Source: Sphingobacteriales bacterium (GTDB lineage: Bacteria; Bacteroidota; Bacteroidia; Chitinophagales; JADIYW01). Taken from it: 57,225 nucleotides of DNA. Of this stretch, positions 34,760 to 43,031 are shown piece after piece. The translations under genes were made by a program, and so were the position numbers. The stretch spans positions 1 to 57,225 of the forward strand of contig JAYVPA010000138.1 of the NCBI GenBank assembly GCA_043757615.1, written 5' to 3'. How positions within the stretch are numbered: position 1 is the first letter of the stretch; every line of letters begins with the position of its first letter. The notes under the pieces were generated by a model that was not told the DNA's origin, ran no database searches, and saw only the letters and a program-made list of their open reading frames with translations.

Positions 34760-37700
34760 TTAAAAAATAATATTTACAGCTACTGCGCCTTTAAAATTGA
34801 AACCAATATTAAAATTAACGCGTTGATTATATTTAAATTTTGCCCAATCAATATCAGGATTATCTGATTTACTAAAAAAGAGTCTGTCACCTGTTTTATC
34901 TCGTTTTATAAATCCAAAAGAGGATTCAATTTTGGTTATTACACCACTAAATAATTTTTCTCTATTATTTTCTTTTAGAATTAACCTAACCTGACTTCTG
35001 TTTTTAAATTTCACGGTTGACAAGAATTCAAATACATCATTGTATTCTGCTAATTCATCTAAAATATAGCAACACCTACCATACAAGAATTGTTCTTCAT
35101 GGTTATTATCATTCTTAGTAAATGATTTCCTTAAGTAGTGTTTTATATCTATGTAATCAGGATTGGCTTCTCTCATCAAGAATGTGGAATATAGATAATT
35201 TAAATCTTTCGAATTTGGATTTTCTTCTAAACATTTCCTAAGTACTTCTTTGGCTTTGTCTTTTGCATTATTCTTATTATAGAATTTACACAACCGTATT
35301 GCAATATAAACACTATTAGGATTTGCAGTAAAAGCATTTTCAAGTATTTTTAATGCTCTAGGATGTTCACTTATTATTGTATTAAATTCTGCTTCTGTAT
35401 CAGCAATGTAACTTTCCAAAGGAAAATCTCGTTTTGCATTCTTTAAATTCTTTTCAAAATCTTTAATTTTACTTTCTATACTTTCTTGTAACGCGTCTTT
35501 ATTAACTGCATTTTTTATATCTAATACTAAAGCTTTTAGCAGAGTATGATAAGGATATGCACTCTTATTCTTAGCTGAATTTAGTTTGCCACAAATTTCT
35601 TTTATTGTATCAAGATATTTTTTCTGTTTAACTGTATTATCTGTCGTTTCAAACTTTCTTAAATAAAACTCAGCCCTAGAGTGTAAAATATTTGGATTCT
35701 TTTCATCTAATTCTTGAGCCTCTTCTAATAGCTCATTTGCTCTGGTTAAATCTCCATCATGAGAATTCATTTCAAAAATTGCTTCTTGCAAGAATAAATT
35801 AGAATCATTTTTCAAATCCTCTCGAATATTTCTGTATATCAATCTAACATATTTAGGATTGCTGAAAATTGCTTTTAGATTTTTTGCTTTAATCATTGCT
35901 ATATATGCAATCCTGTCACTTTCATAGTCAATATCTAAATTATTGAGTATTCTAATCATTTTATCATATCTATCTTCATCATTTCTTAAGACTTCCTCGA
36001 ATAATATTTCAGCAATATGTTGATGTCTAGTTTCTAATGCATAATCATTTATCGAATACTTCCAATTATAGAATACAATATTCTCTAATGGTTTAAATAA
36101 ATGCTCTTTGAAGTAACTAAATCCAATATTATGAACTCTAGATATTAAGCCTACTCTTGTATAGACACCCAATCTGTGTAGTATAGCAATTGTTAAGTAT
36201 AATTGTTTTGCATCATCATTAGAAATTGATTGATATTCTTTGCTTACGATTTCAGCAAATGGTCTTCCTTGTGTAGCTTCATGTAAAGCAACCAATAATT
36301 GTCTTCCTGCTCTTTCTGATAATTCCTTAATCCTTTCTTCTTTGGATTTACTTGTTAAATAACCAAGAGAATTATTTTTTTCTAATAAATCTAATAGTTC
36401 AATAATTTCTTTATCATTTAGATATTTTAGTTCGTATTCTACAGTTACATACTCCTCTAATGATTTACATTCTGTATTCCAAGTGCTATATCTTTCTGCA
36501 CAAATAATAGTTAGTAATATTTTGTCTTTTTTTGCTTTATCTATTATTTCCTCTATATCATTTACGTGTTCAGAAGGATTGTCTATAAATAAATATATTC
36601 TATCTTTTAGATAGTAATATAATTCGTTAATTGGCTCATATCTTAATTTTACATCATCATTTAAAAACAAGCAAATCTTATCAAAATCAACAGCCGCATC
36701 CCAAGCCAATCTTTTTAATAGAACAGATTTTCCTGATCCAGCCTGTCCTTTAATTAAATAAAAATCATTTGGACTAATTCTGTTTAACTCTTCATCAAGA
36801 AATATCTCTAGTAATAAGTTGTCCTTTATATACCTATTGCAATCCATATTTTTAATTATTGGATCCCAATTATTAAAATAACCCTTATAGAAATTCTTAG
36901 GGTCTGTATCTTTTGATTTAAGATTTGAATAAACATACTCAATATCTAATTCTAAGAAACTTTTTAGACTCTCGCTAATATTAATGTCTTGACGTTGAAC
37001 CTTAAATTTATTAATTATCGGATGAGAAACAGGACTAAGGATTGTAGCCAATTTTCTGTCCGCAATAGAAATTTGACTATTGAGAGTATTAAGAAATTGT
37101 TCAAATGACATCTTTAAAGATGATATTTTTTTGCTTTCCCACAGTTTTGCTTCTTCGTCTTTAATGTATGGTCCAATGAGATATGACCTTGGTACATTTT
37201 CATGAGAAGAGAAGGTTTGTTTAATGATAGTTCTTATATCTACGTCATCAAAACTAAATCCAACAAAGAGAAAAGGATTTTCATACTTGTAATCTTTAAG
37301 CTTATCAAATAACCTATCTCTATTTGTTTTATGGTCTATATATTGTTCTGGAGATAATATCAATGGAATTTCAACATTCTGTGCTTCTGATATACAACCA
37401 TGTAATTTTATGTAAAATAAATCGTTATTGGATTTTATTTGGTCATTTACCTTTTGACCATTCTTAATAAAGGGAACTATATTTTGAATTCTTTCTTTAT
37501 TAGTATCATAAGCCCTTTCAATAGTTAAGTCATAGTTTACAGTAAATATAGCCCTCCATCTGAAATTTGGTATTAACTTATGAAATTCTGTTGGGTTAAA
37601 GCCACTAAATATTTCATAGATATATTTTTGAACATCTAGTAAATCTGATTCACTAGTACATAGTTCTGCTACATGCTGTAAAGAAGCATTTTTAAAATCA

Positions 37701-37858
37701 TCTGATAAATATTTTTCTACTAATAAATCTCTTAAATCATTTCCAAGCGGTATTTTTTTACCATTCATATTAGTTGCCCCAAACGATGCACCTGCACCTA
37801 AAAATAAAACAACATTTCCTGTTTTTATTTGCTCTAAAAGATGCTTAGGTATTTCCAT
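34760..37858 (-). CDS. SIR2-like (SIR2_2 type) / P-loop STAND NTPase / TPR-like repeats / C-terminal cold-shock-like domain protein; candidate anti-phage sensor-effector
   Basis: SIR2_2 pattern: GNVVLFLGAGASFGA, FTVNYDLTIERAY, IKLHGCI, FLFVGFSFDD. Walker A is IKGQAGSGKSVLL and Walker B-like is IYLFIDNPSE. TPR-like helices include NPNILHSRAEFY, NPNSVYIAIRLCKFY and NPNSKDLNYLYSTFLM. The C-terminus FSGVITKIESSFGFIKRDKTGDRLFFSKSD...QRVNFNIGFNFKGAVAVNI follows the CspA pattern. I prefer the start MEIPKHLLEQ at 37858; the track ORF extends to 37963. Confidence 0.75.
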   Translation of the reverse strand: MEIPKHLLEQIKTGNVVLFLGAGASFGATNMNGKKIPLGNDLRDLLVEKYLSDDFKNASLQHVAELCTSESDLLDVQKYIYEIFSGFNPTEFHKLIPNFRWRAIFTVNYDLTIERAYDTNKERIQNIVPFIKNGQKVNDQIKSNNDLFYIKLHGCISEAQNVEIPLILSPEQYIDHKTNRDRLFDKLKDYKYENPFLFVGFSFDDVDIRTIIKQTFSSHENVPRSYLIGPYIKDEEAKLWESKKISSLKMSFEQFLNTLNSQISIADRKLATILSPVSHPIINKFKVQRQDINISESLKSFLELDIEYVYSNLKSKDTDPKNFYKGYFNNWDPIIKNMDCNRYIKDNLLLEIFLDEELNRISPNDFYLIKGQAGSGKSVLLKRLAWDAAVDFDKICLFLNDDVKLRYEPINELYYYLKDRIYLFIDNPSEHVNDIEEIIDKAKKDKILLTIICAERYSTWNTECKSLEEYVTVEYELKYLNDKEIIELLDLLEKNNSLGYLTSKSKEERIKELSERAGRQLLVALHEATQGRPFAEIVSKEYQSISNDDAKQLYLTIAILHRLGVYTRVGLISRVHNIGFSYFKEHLFKPLENIVFYNWKYSINDYALETRHQHIAEILFEEVLRNDEDRYDKMIRILNNLDIDYESDRIAYIAMIKAKNLKAIFSNPKYVRLIYRNIREDLKNDSNLFLQEAIFEMNSHDGDLTRANELLEEAQELDEKNPNILHSRAEFYLRKFETTDNTVKQKKYLDTIKEICGKLNSAKNKSAYPYHTLLKALVLDIKNAVNKDALQESIESKIKDFEKNLKNAKRDFPLESYIADTEAEFNTIISEHPRALKILENAFTANPNSVYIAIRLCKFYNKNNAKDKAKEVLRKCLEENPNSKDLNYLYSTFLMREANPDYIDIKHYLRKSFTKNDNNHEEQFLYGRCCYILDELAEYNDVFEFLSTVKFKNRSQVRLILKENNREKLFSGVITKIESSFGFIKRDKTGDRLFFSKSDNPDIDWAKFKYNQRVNFNIGFNFKGAVAVNIIF

Positions 37859-38262
37859 ATATAATTTGATTAATGCTAATATAGTGAAAATAATATATTT
37901 TAATAGGTAAGCCTTTATATATGCAGGAATTTTTCTAGCAGTCATAACCGCCATTAGTAGCATCGAAAAAAGCCTGGAGAAATAAAAATTAAGGGATAAA
38001 ATTATATTAGAATCTACTTATTAATTTTAAGTAAAAATTTGTGTAAATCCACAAAGCATGGATTTAACTATATGTCGGTGATAGCTCGTGCAAAACAATT
38101 TATTTTAATTATAAAAGCTATAATGCATATAAATAGATAGGAACCCAAATAACATATAATTAGATAATAAAAATGGAATCTTATCTGTATAATAATTACC
38201 TCTGATTATCAGATAGTTTATTGTATATATTCGACAATAAAATTCATCTGTTATAATATTTA

Positions 38263-39111
38263 TTAAGGTTCTGTTACAATAGCTTCATCATTTGCAGACT
38301 CTATATCGTAATATAAATAAAGGCTATTTTCTCTATACATTTTATATCTTGCCTGTTTGAAACGGAATGATTTTAATATTGCCGACATTTTGGTTTGTAC
38401 TTCGCTTATAACTTCTCTATCATAAAATGATTCACCTGTAAAACTAATTACAGTATTTTTGTTTCCTGACAACCCAATAGAAGTACCAATCGTAGAAAAT
38501 TCGTTTGCTGCAATTATTGCATAATTTCGTCTCATTTTAGGAAATTCGTTTCTTTGTAGTATTTGTGCTCGTTTTTTTAATTCTATTGATTTTGACCTTA
38601 TTGATGGATTCGCACTTTGCATGCCAGCATCAATTATTTTACCCCAACCATAAAATATTCCTAGTTCCAATATTAAATTATCAACAGAACCACTAAAGGC
38701 ACTACGATTAAAAGGCTTTTTAAATGATTCTAATTCCATGTTCAATCGTGCTTCATCTACTTCCATTCCGTCAACCGTTATTTCACTATTAACTTTGTAG
38801 TCACTAACTGTATCAGAATAGATTATTGAATTGGTATTACTACTCGTTAAACTAATATTAGTATTAGTATTATCATTAGGATTTGATTTTATAATTAACC
38901 AAAATATGTAGACGAATAATAATACAAAAGCGACTGCTAAAATATTACCACCTTTGCCGAGTGTAATTTCCTTTTTAATAAAATGTTTATTCTTGATAGC
39001 ACCACCGCAGTTACTGCAAGAAACATATTCATTATGGATATAGTTCTCTGTTACTTCGAATTGTTCCTTGCATTTGGAACATCTTACGTTTTTTACTTTT
39101 CTTTTTTCCAT
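38263..39111 (-). CDS. zinc-ribbon / single-TM membrane protein with uncharacterised C-terminal domain
   Basis: N-terminal CSKC...CSNC four-Cys ribbon, a TM helix ILAVAFVLLFVYIFWLII, and a ~200-aa C-terminal region with no family I recognise. Confidence 0.55.
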   Translation of the reverse strand: MEKRKVKNVRCSKCKEQFEVTENYIHNEYVSCSNCGGAIKNKHFIKKEITLGKGGNILAVAFVLLFVYIFWLIIKSNPNDNTNTNISLTSSNTNSIIYSDTVSDYKVNSEITVDGMEVDEARLNMELESFKKPFNRSAFSGSVDNLILELGIFYGWGKIIDAGMQSANPSIRSKSIELKKRAQILQRNEFPKMRRNYAIIAANEFSTIGTSIGLSGNKNTVISFTGESFYDREVISEVQTKMSAILKSFRFKQARYKMYRENSLYLYYDIESANDEAIVTEP

Positions 39112-39232
39112 AATTTATCTTATTAGTTATATCTAAATATAATCAAAAACACATTACCCTATATGTGGGGTGGTATAAAATTGAAAAAATGTTTGCCTTT
39201 ATAATGTGGAAGCCGCTGATAAAAAGTTTTTA

Positions 39233-39445
39233 ATGTTGTTTGGTGCTCATTTAAGAAAAATCCGGGAATCAAAATCTATTTCTCAGGATAACTTATCCTA
39301 TGCATGTGACATTGCCAAAAATCAAGTAGGACTAATTGAACGAGGGGAAATAAATACTTCTATTGATACTGTCCGCAAACTGGCAGAAGCACTAAATATT
39401 CCAATAGAAGCACTATTTAAATTTGAATACAAGAAATCTAAGTAG
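39233..39445 (+). CDS. XRE-family helix-turn-helix transcriptional regulator
   Basis: LRKIRESKSISQDNLSYACDIAKNQVGLIERGEINTSIDTVRKLAEALNI is a canonical HTH_3/XRE pattern. The track start at 39206 is GTG; the ATG at 39233 is more likely. Divergent from the zinc-ribbon gene. Confidence 0.8.
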   Translation: MLFGAHLRKIRESKSISQDNLSYACDIAKNQVGLIERGEINTSIDTVRKLAEALNIPIEALFKFEYKKSK

Positions 39446-39537
39446 TTTCTAGTATACTTTCTTTTAAATAATATAAATACTCTTATTGCATATACATTAG
39501 TTTACTAGCAACATAATAAATACCTAAATTAAGAGAA

Positions 39538-40476
39538 TTATCTGTAAATATTCTTTAATAAATTAACAGCAGTATCGACGTTATAAAATATATTTTCATC
39601 ATCGAACTGCTTATTTGAACTTCTTAGTTCTCTAACATTTGTTCTTAAATTACTTCTTGTGTTCATTTTGTACATACCTTTGTTAAAATTATCTTGTATA
39701 TGTTCTTCAATAAATAATTCTTCTGAACAATTACTTACTGCATAATGTGCTAGTGCGTACATTAATGTTGTTTTATTCTTAAAAGGTAAAAGTTTTTTTG
39801 TGTATATTTTTTCGATATTAAAATAAATAATAAAAAGCTTGTTAATGTAAAAATTGTAGGTATTTGTTTTAAGCAAATCTTTTAAAATTAGTTTTTCACC
39901 ATTCAAATTTTTTATCCGTTGCATTAATCTATTCTCAATCCTTAAAACCCTTTTCATTTTAAAAAAATCTGGAATAGAAATTTTTTTATTTTTCAATTCA
40001 GCTATCTTATCATACAATATAATTTCATTTGTTGTTGATGTAAAATATATTGATGGCGTTTTTGTAGCATACAAAATTTTATCATGGTTGCGATACTTTT
40101 TACACCTTAGTATGTATTTCAGTAAATCTTCACTTACAATTATATTCATTGCTATATCTAAGCGTGTTACAAATGCTTTAGAAAAATCTACTCCAAAATT
40201 CTTAGATAATTTCTTGACTAGAAACTTAAAATCATTTAAGGATGGGCAAGCTAAATTGTTACCTAGTAATAACTTTGTAAAACTTCCCTCAAATAAGATA
40301 GTGAAGGGCATTTGTAGTTTATTAGGATTATTTATTATTCGAAATTCAGCTCCATTAAACAGAAACAGAAACACCTCATTTCCGTTCTTTGAGGTATATC
40401 TCTTCCCCAACTGTACTTTTTCACTTACATCTGGAAATTTATTTAACTGTAGTAAAAGTCTTATTGTATCTATCAT
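39538..40476 (-). CDS. putative replication initiation protein (phage/plasmid gene II/X, Phage_CRI-like)
   Basis: The N-terminus MIDTIRLLL, VTRLDIAMNI and VLRIENRL resemble my memory of Phage_CRI-type Rep proteins. Position in the mobility module supports this. Weak, pattern only. Confidence 0.35.
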   Translation of the reverse strand: MIDTIRLLLQLNKFPDVSEKVQLGKRYTSKNGNEVFLFLFNGAEFRIINNPNKLQMPFTILFEGSFTKLLLGNNLACPSLNDFKFLVKKLSKNFGVDFSKAFVTRLDIAMNIIVSEDLLKYILRCKKYRNHDKILYATKTPSIYFTSTTNEIILYDKIAELKNKKISIPDFFKMKRVLRIENRLMQRIKNLNGEKLILKDLLKTNTYNFYINKLFIIYFNIEKIYTKKLLPFKNKTTLMYALAHYAVSNCSEELFIEEHIQDNFNKGMYKMNTRSNLRTNVRELRSSNKQFDDENIFYNVDTAVNLLKNIYR

Positions 40477-40509
40477 TGTTCATTATTAGCGTGAATAATT
40501 GCAGTATTA

Positions 40510-40956
40510 TTATAAGATAGATGACTTAATCATTTTTTTATTTTTTCTTATTTCTGAAAAAATAAAATTAAACTGTTTGAAAAAAACTGTTTGAAAAATT
40601 AATTGATAATAATTTTTCAAATCTTTAAAAACAAAGATTTCAAAAAACAATTTATTTTTATCAGTTTTTATTATTAATAAATCATCCATACCTATTACAT
40701 AACCATACGCAAAATTAAATGCTCCGGGACATTCTTTCAAGAAAAAGATATTTGCTTTTATTTTTTTTGCAATAGTTAGTTTATAACAATTCATTCTAAA
40801 GCTATAGTTCTTATTTAGACGTTTACTCCGCTTGACAGAAAAATCAATCCATTTCAATTTTACATTTTTTGAAGCAACTATCTTATAAAAATCCTTTGTA
40901 ATTCTTTTGAATAAATAATAATCTGATATTGGGTTACTAATTAATCTATTATTCAT
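40510..40956 (-). CDS. hypothetical protein (island)
   Basis: 148-aa ORF whose start abuts the stop of the upstream HTH gene (40958), suggesting an operon. No recognisable motif. Confidence 0.45.
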   Translation of the reverse strand: MNNRLISNPISDYYLFKRITKDFYKIVASKNVKLKWIDFSVKRSKRLNKNYSFRMNCYKLTIAKKIKANIFFLKECPGAFNFAYGYVIGMDDLLIIKTDKNKLFFEIFVFKDLKNYYQLIFQTVFFKQFNFIFSEIRKNKKMIKSSIL

Positions 40957-40957
40957 T

Positions 40958-41239
40958 TTACTTCTTTTTATTGATTGTTATTGAATTAGCTAATTCCTCC
41001 ACGGTTTTTATCTTTTTTGCGAATGCGTATTTCCTTAGGTCTTTCTTTTTGAAATACATTTGTTTGCCATTGGGTTTGTAGTGAGCAATTTCTCCTCTAC
41101 TAGTTAGCTTGTGGAGGGTACTAATAGAAATACTCAAGAACTTCGCTGCATCTTCTGTGCAAACGGGTTCTTCTGTGTAAGCTCTAAGTCGTCTGTTTAT
41201 TCGCTTGAGGATTACGTCTAATTGATGAATTTTATTCAT
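40958..41239 (-). CDS. excisionase-type (MerR-like, HTH_17) DNA-binding protein
   Basis: AAKFLSISISTLHKLTSRGEIAHYKPNGKQMYFKKKDLRKYAF is the typical excisionase-family HTH pattern. 93 aa, near the integrase. Confidence 0.7.
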   Translation of the reverse strand: MNKIHQLDVILKRINRRLRAYTEEPVCTEDAAKFLSISISTLHKLTSRGEIAHYKPNGKQMYFKKKDLRKYAFAKKIKTVEELANSITINKKK

Positions 41240-41325
41240 TCTTATACAATTGTTGGTGTACCATATAATACTCCAAACTTGAAAGAAAAAACAGGAATTT
41301 TATAAAAAGTTTAGGTAATAGGATT

Positions 41326-41802
41326 TTACATCAGAAAAGGGTAATGTCTTTTGATGTTTTCAAGATGTACTTGAAATGCTTCTGAGGTATCAAAATCTTC
41401 TCTCTGCTCTTTTGTTGTCAAATTGAACATTTTCCATATGTTATATATTGTAGATGGCGGGATAAATATATTCTTCTTTTCTAAGAGTCTACTTAACTCA
41501 TTCTTATTTAATTCATACTTTTCTGCTGATAATTTTAAAACCAATTTTAACTTAGCAAAATCTGTTCTTTGGGTTAATTTGTATTTATTTCTTAATCTTT
41601 CTTTAATACCGTTTTTGCCTTCTTCTTTATATATTTTTTGATAACTATAATAAGTAGTTCTTGAAAGCCTTAAAGATGTTATGTTCTTTTTTAGATACCA
41701 TTTATATATTTTATATTCCGTCCTGATGCATTCAATTAATTCAACTTGACTTATAAACTTAGTCTTAGGGCTTACTACAACTGGAAATCCTTTATTACTC
41801 AT
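41326..41802 (-). CDS. hypothetical HTH-like protein adjacent to the integrase
   Basis: 158 aa and basic. LSRTTYYSYQKIYKEEGKNG resembles transposase/terminase-type HTH. Ends 4 nt before the integrase gene region. Confidence 0.4.
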   Translation of the reverse strand: MSNKGFPVVVSPKTKFISQVELIECIRTEYKIYKWYLKKNITSLRLSRTTYYSYQKIYKEEGKNGIKERLRNKYKLTQRTDFAKLKLVLKLSAEKYELNKNELSRLLEKKNIFIPPSTIYNIWKMFNLTTKEQREDFDTSEAFQVHLENIKRHYPFLM

Positions 41803-41805
41803 AAT

Positions 41806-42864
41806 CTAAAATATACTTGGAATTTTATTTACTGCATCTGTTTTAGTTTTGTCTATAATCTTAGTATAAACCTGAGTACTTTTTATGTCTTTATGTCCTA
41901 ATAATTTTTGTACTGTAAATATATCTACTCCATTATTTAATAATTGTGTAGCTGCAGTATGTCGTGAACTATGAAAAGATAATTGTTTTGTGATACCAGC
42001 TTTCTTTAGCAACTCTTTTGCACATCTATTCACACTTGAATGGTCTTTTGGCAAATCAAATACATAATCATCGTTTTCTTTTCTGTCACCAATAAGTTTT
42101 ACTGCACTTTCACTTAATTCAAAATAGTTAAATGCAGATGTTTTAATCTGTTTTTTCTTAACTCTGCAACCGTTTTCACTTACTTCAATATTACTCCATT
42201 TAAGGCTCATAATATCTGAAACTCGCAGACCGGTATAACATGCAAATAAAAATGCTCTCTTAACTTCATTATTATAAAACTGAGTATTAAATACTTTCTT
42301 CATTTCTTCAATTGTAAGAAAATTCTTTTCTGTTTCTGATTTTTGTGGGGTGTCTATTTTTCTTGTCGGATTTGATGGGATAACATCATCTTTTACTGCT
42401 TGATTTAAAACCGCATTAATTTTCTGATAATACGTTCTGATTGAATTAGGTGACAATCCTTCATCTTTCAAAAAAGAAAAAAAACTCTCAAACCATTTCT
42501 TATCCATGTTCTTAAACTTTATTCTCCTATTAGTAAAATTATTAAGATGTGATAGGACACTATTCCAGCTCTCTTGTGTTTTAGTATTTTTTTTCTTCAT
42601 TTCATATTTGAAATATTCTAAAAAGTCCAAGTCGTTGTCTGATTTCTTTTTAATTCCATAATCCTCATTGATTAACTCTAATTCTCTCGTAGCTACAATA
42701 CGGTTTAATGCTTCTTTTATGAGTCTTCTTTCTTTAGATGTATTAGATTCCTTTATAGTTAATCCTTTTATGGTTTCTGTCCACCTATCATCGCCCATAT
42801 AGATATCCATGTAGAATGAGGTATCTCCATTTTTTAAATTCCTTTCTCTTAATTTAATTGCCAT
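41806..42864 (-). CDS. tyrosine-type site-specific recombinase/integrase (Bacteroidota phage-integrase family)
   Basis: TGLRVSDIMSLKWSNI (box I Arg) and HSSRHTAATQLLNNGVDIFTVQKLLGHKDIKSTQVYTKI (HxxR...H...Y). N-terminal SAM-like domain. 140 nt from the lysS stop. Confidence 0.9.
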   Translation of the reverse strand: MAIKLRERNLKNGDTSFYMDIYMGDDRWTETIKGLTIKESNTSKERRLIKEALNRIVATRELELINEDYGIKKKSDNDLDFLEYFKYEMKKKNTKTQESWNSVLSHLNNFTNRRIKFKNMDKKWFESFFSFLKDEGLSPNSIRTYYQKINAVLNQAVKDDVIPSNPTRKIDTPQKSETEKNFLTIEEMKKVFNTQFYNNEVKRAFLFACYTGLRVSDIMSLKWSNIEVSENGCRVKKKQIKTSAFNYFELSESAVKLIGDRKENDDYVFDLPKDHSSVNRCAKELLKKAGITKQLSFHSSRHTAATQLLNNGVDIFTVQKLLGHKDIKSTQVYTKIIDKTKTDAVNKIPSIF

Positions 42865-43001
42865 ATCTGTCGCATTTACTTATAACAAAAATAACAAATA
42901 AGTAACAAAATCACTCAGAAATAACAAAAAATATCAAGGTATGGTTATTCAGAATAATCATAACTAATTGATAATTAACTAATTTAACTGTCTATTGTTG
43001 G

Positions 43002-43031
43002 ATATTACTTCTCAGGTCTCATTTGCGGAAA
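43002..43031. repeat. att-like direct repeat A (functional 3' end of lysS), right island boundary
   Basis: atattacttctcaggtctcatttgcggaaa. The minus strand encodes ...FFPQMRPEK*. It is repeated at 34183-34208 and 32734-32763. Confidence 0.8.

Larger units (their letters stand above)
34183..43031 (-). mobile_element. ~8.8-kb integrative genomic island inserted in the 3' end of lysS
   Basis: Flanked by 26-nt direct repeats (25 of 26 identical). A tyrosine integrase lies directly next to lysS, with excisionase-type HTH and Rep-like genes. Composition drops sharply (spot count ~25% GC at 36001-36060 against clearly higher flanks). All genes are unrelated to the housekeeping flanks. Confidence 0.8.

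Noticed and set aside
37859-37963. 35-codon N-terminal extension of the SIR2-STAND ORF (MLLMAVMTARKIPAYIKAYLLKYIIFTILALIKLY)
   Set aside because: SIR2_2 domains normally begin close to the GAG(A/V)S motif, and MEIPKHLLEQIKTGNVVLFLGAGAS at 37858 gives that spacing. The extension is hydrophobic, AT-driven sequence. I cannot exclude it, so it is noted as an alternative start.
38201-38213. Palindrome tctgat-t-atcaga (nested within tatctg...cagata) downstream of the zinc-ribbon gene, considered as an operator or terminator
   Set aside because: It is short and AT-rich, lies ~340 nt from the next start codon, and has no T-run. The evidence is insufficient for a call.
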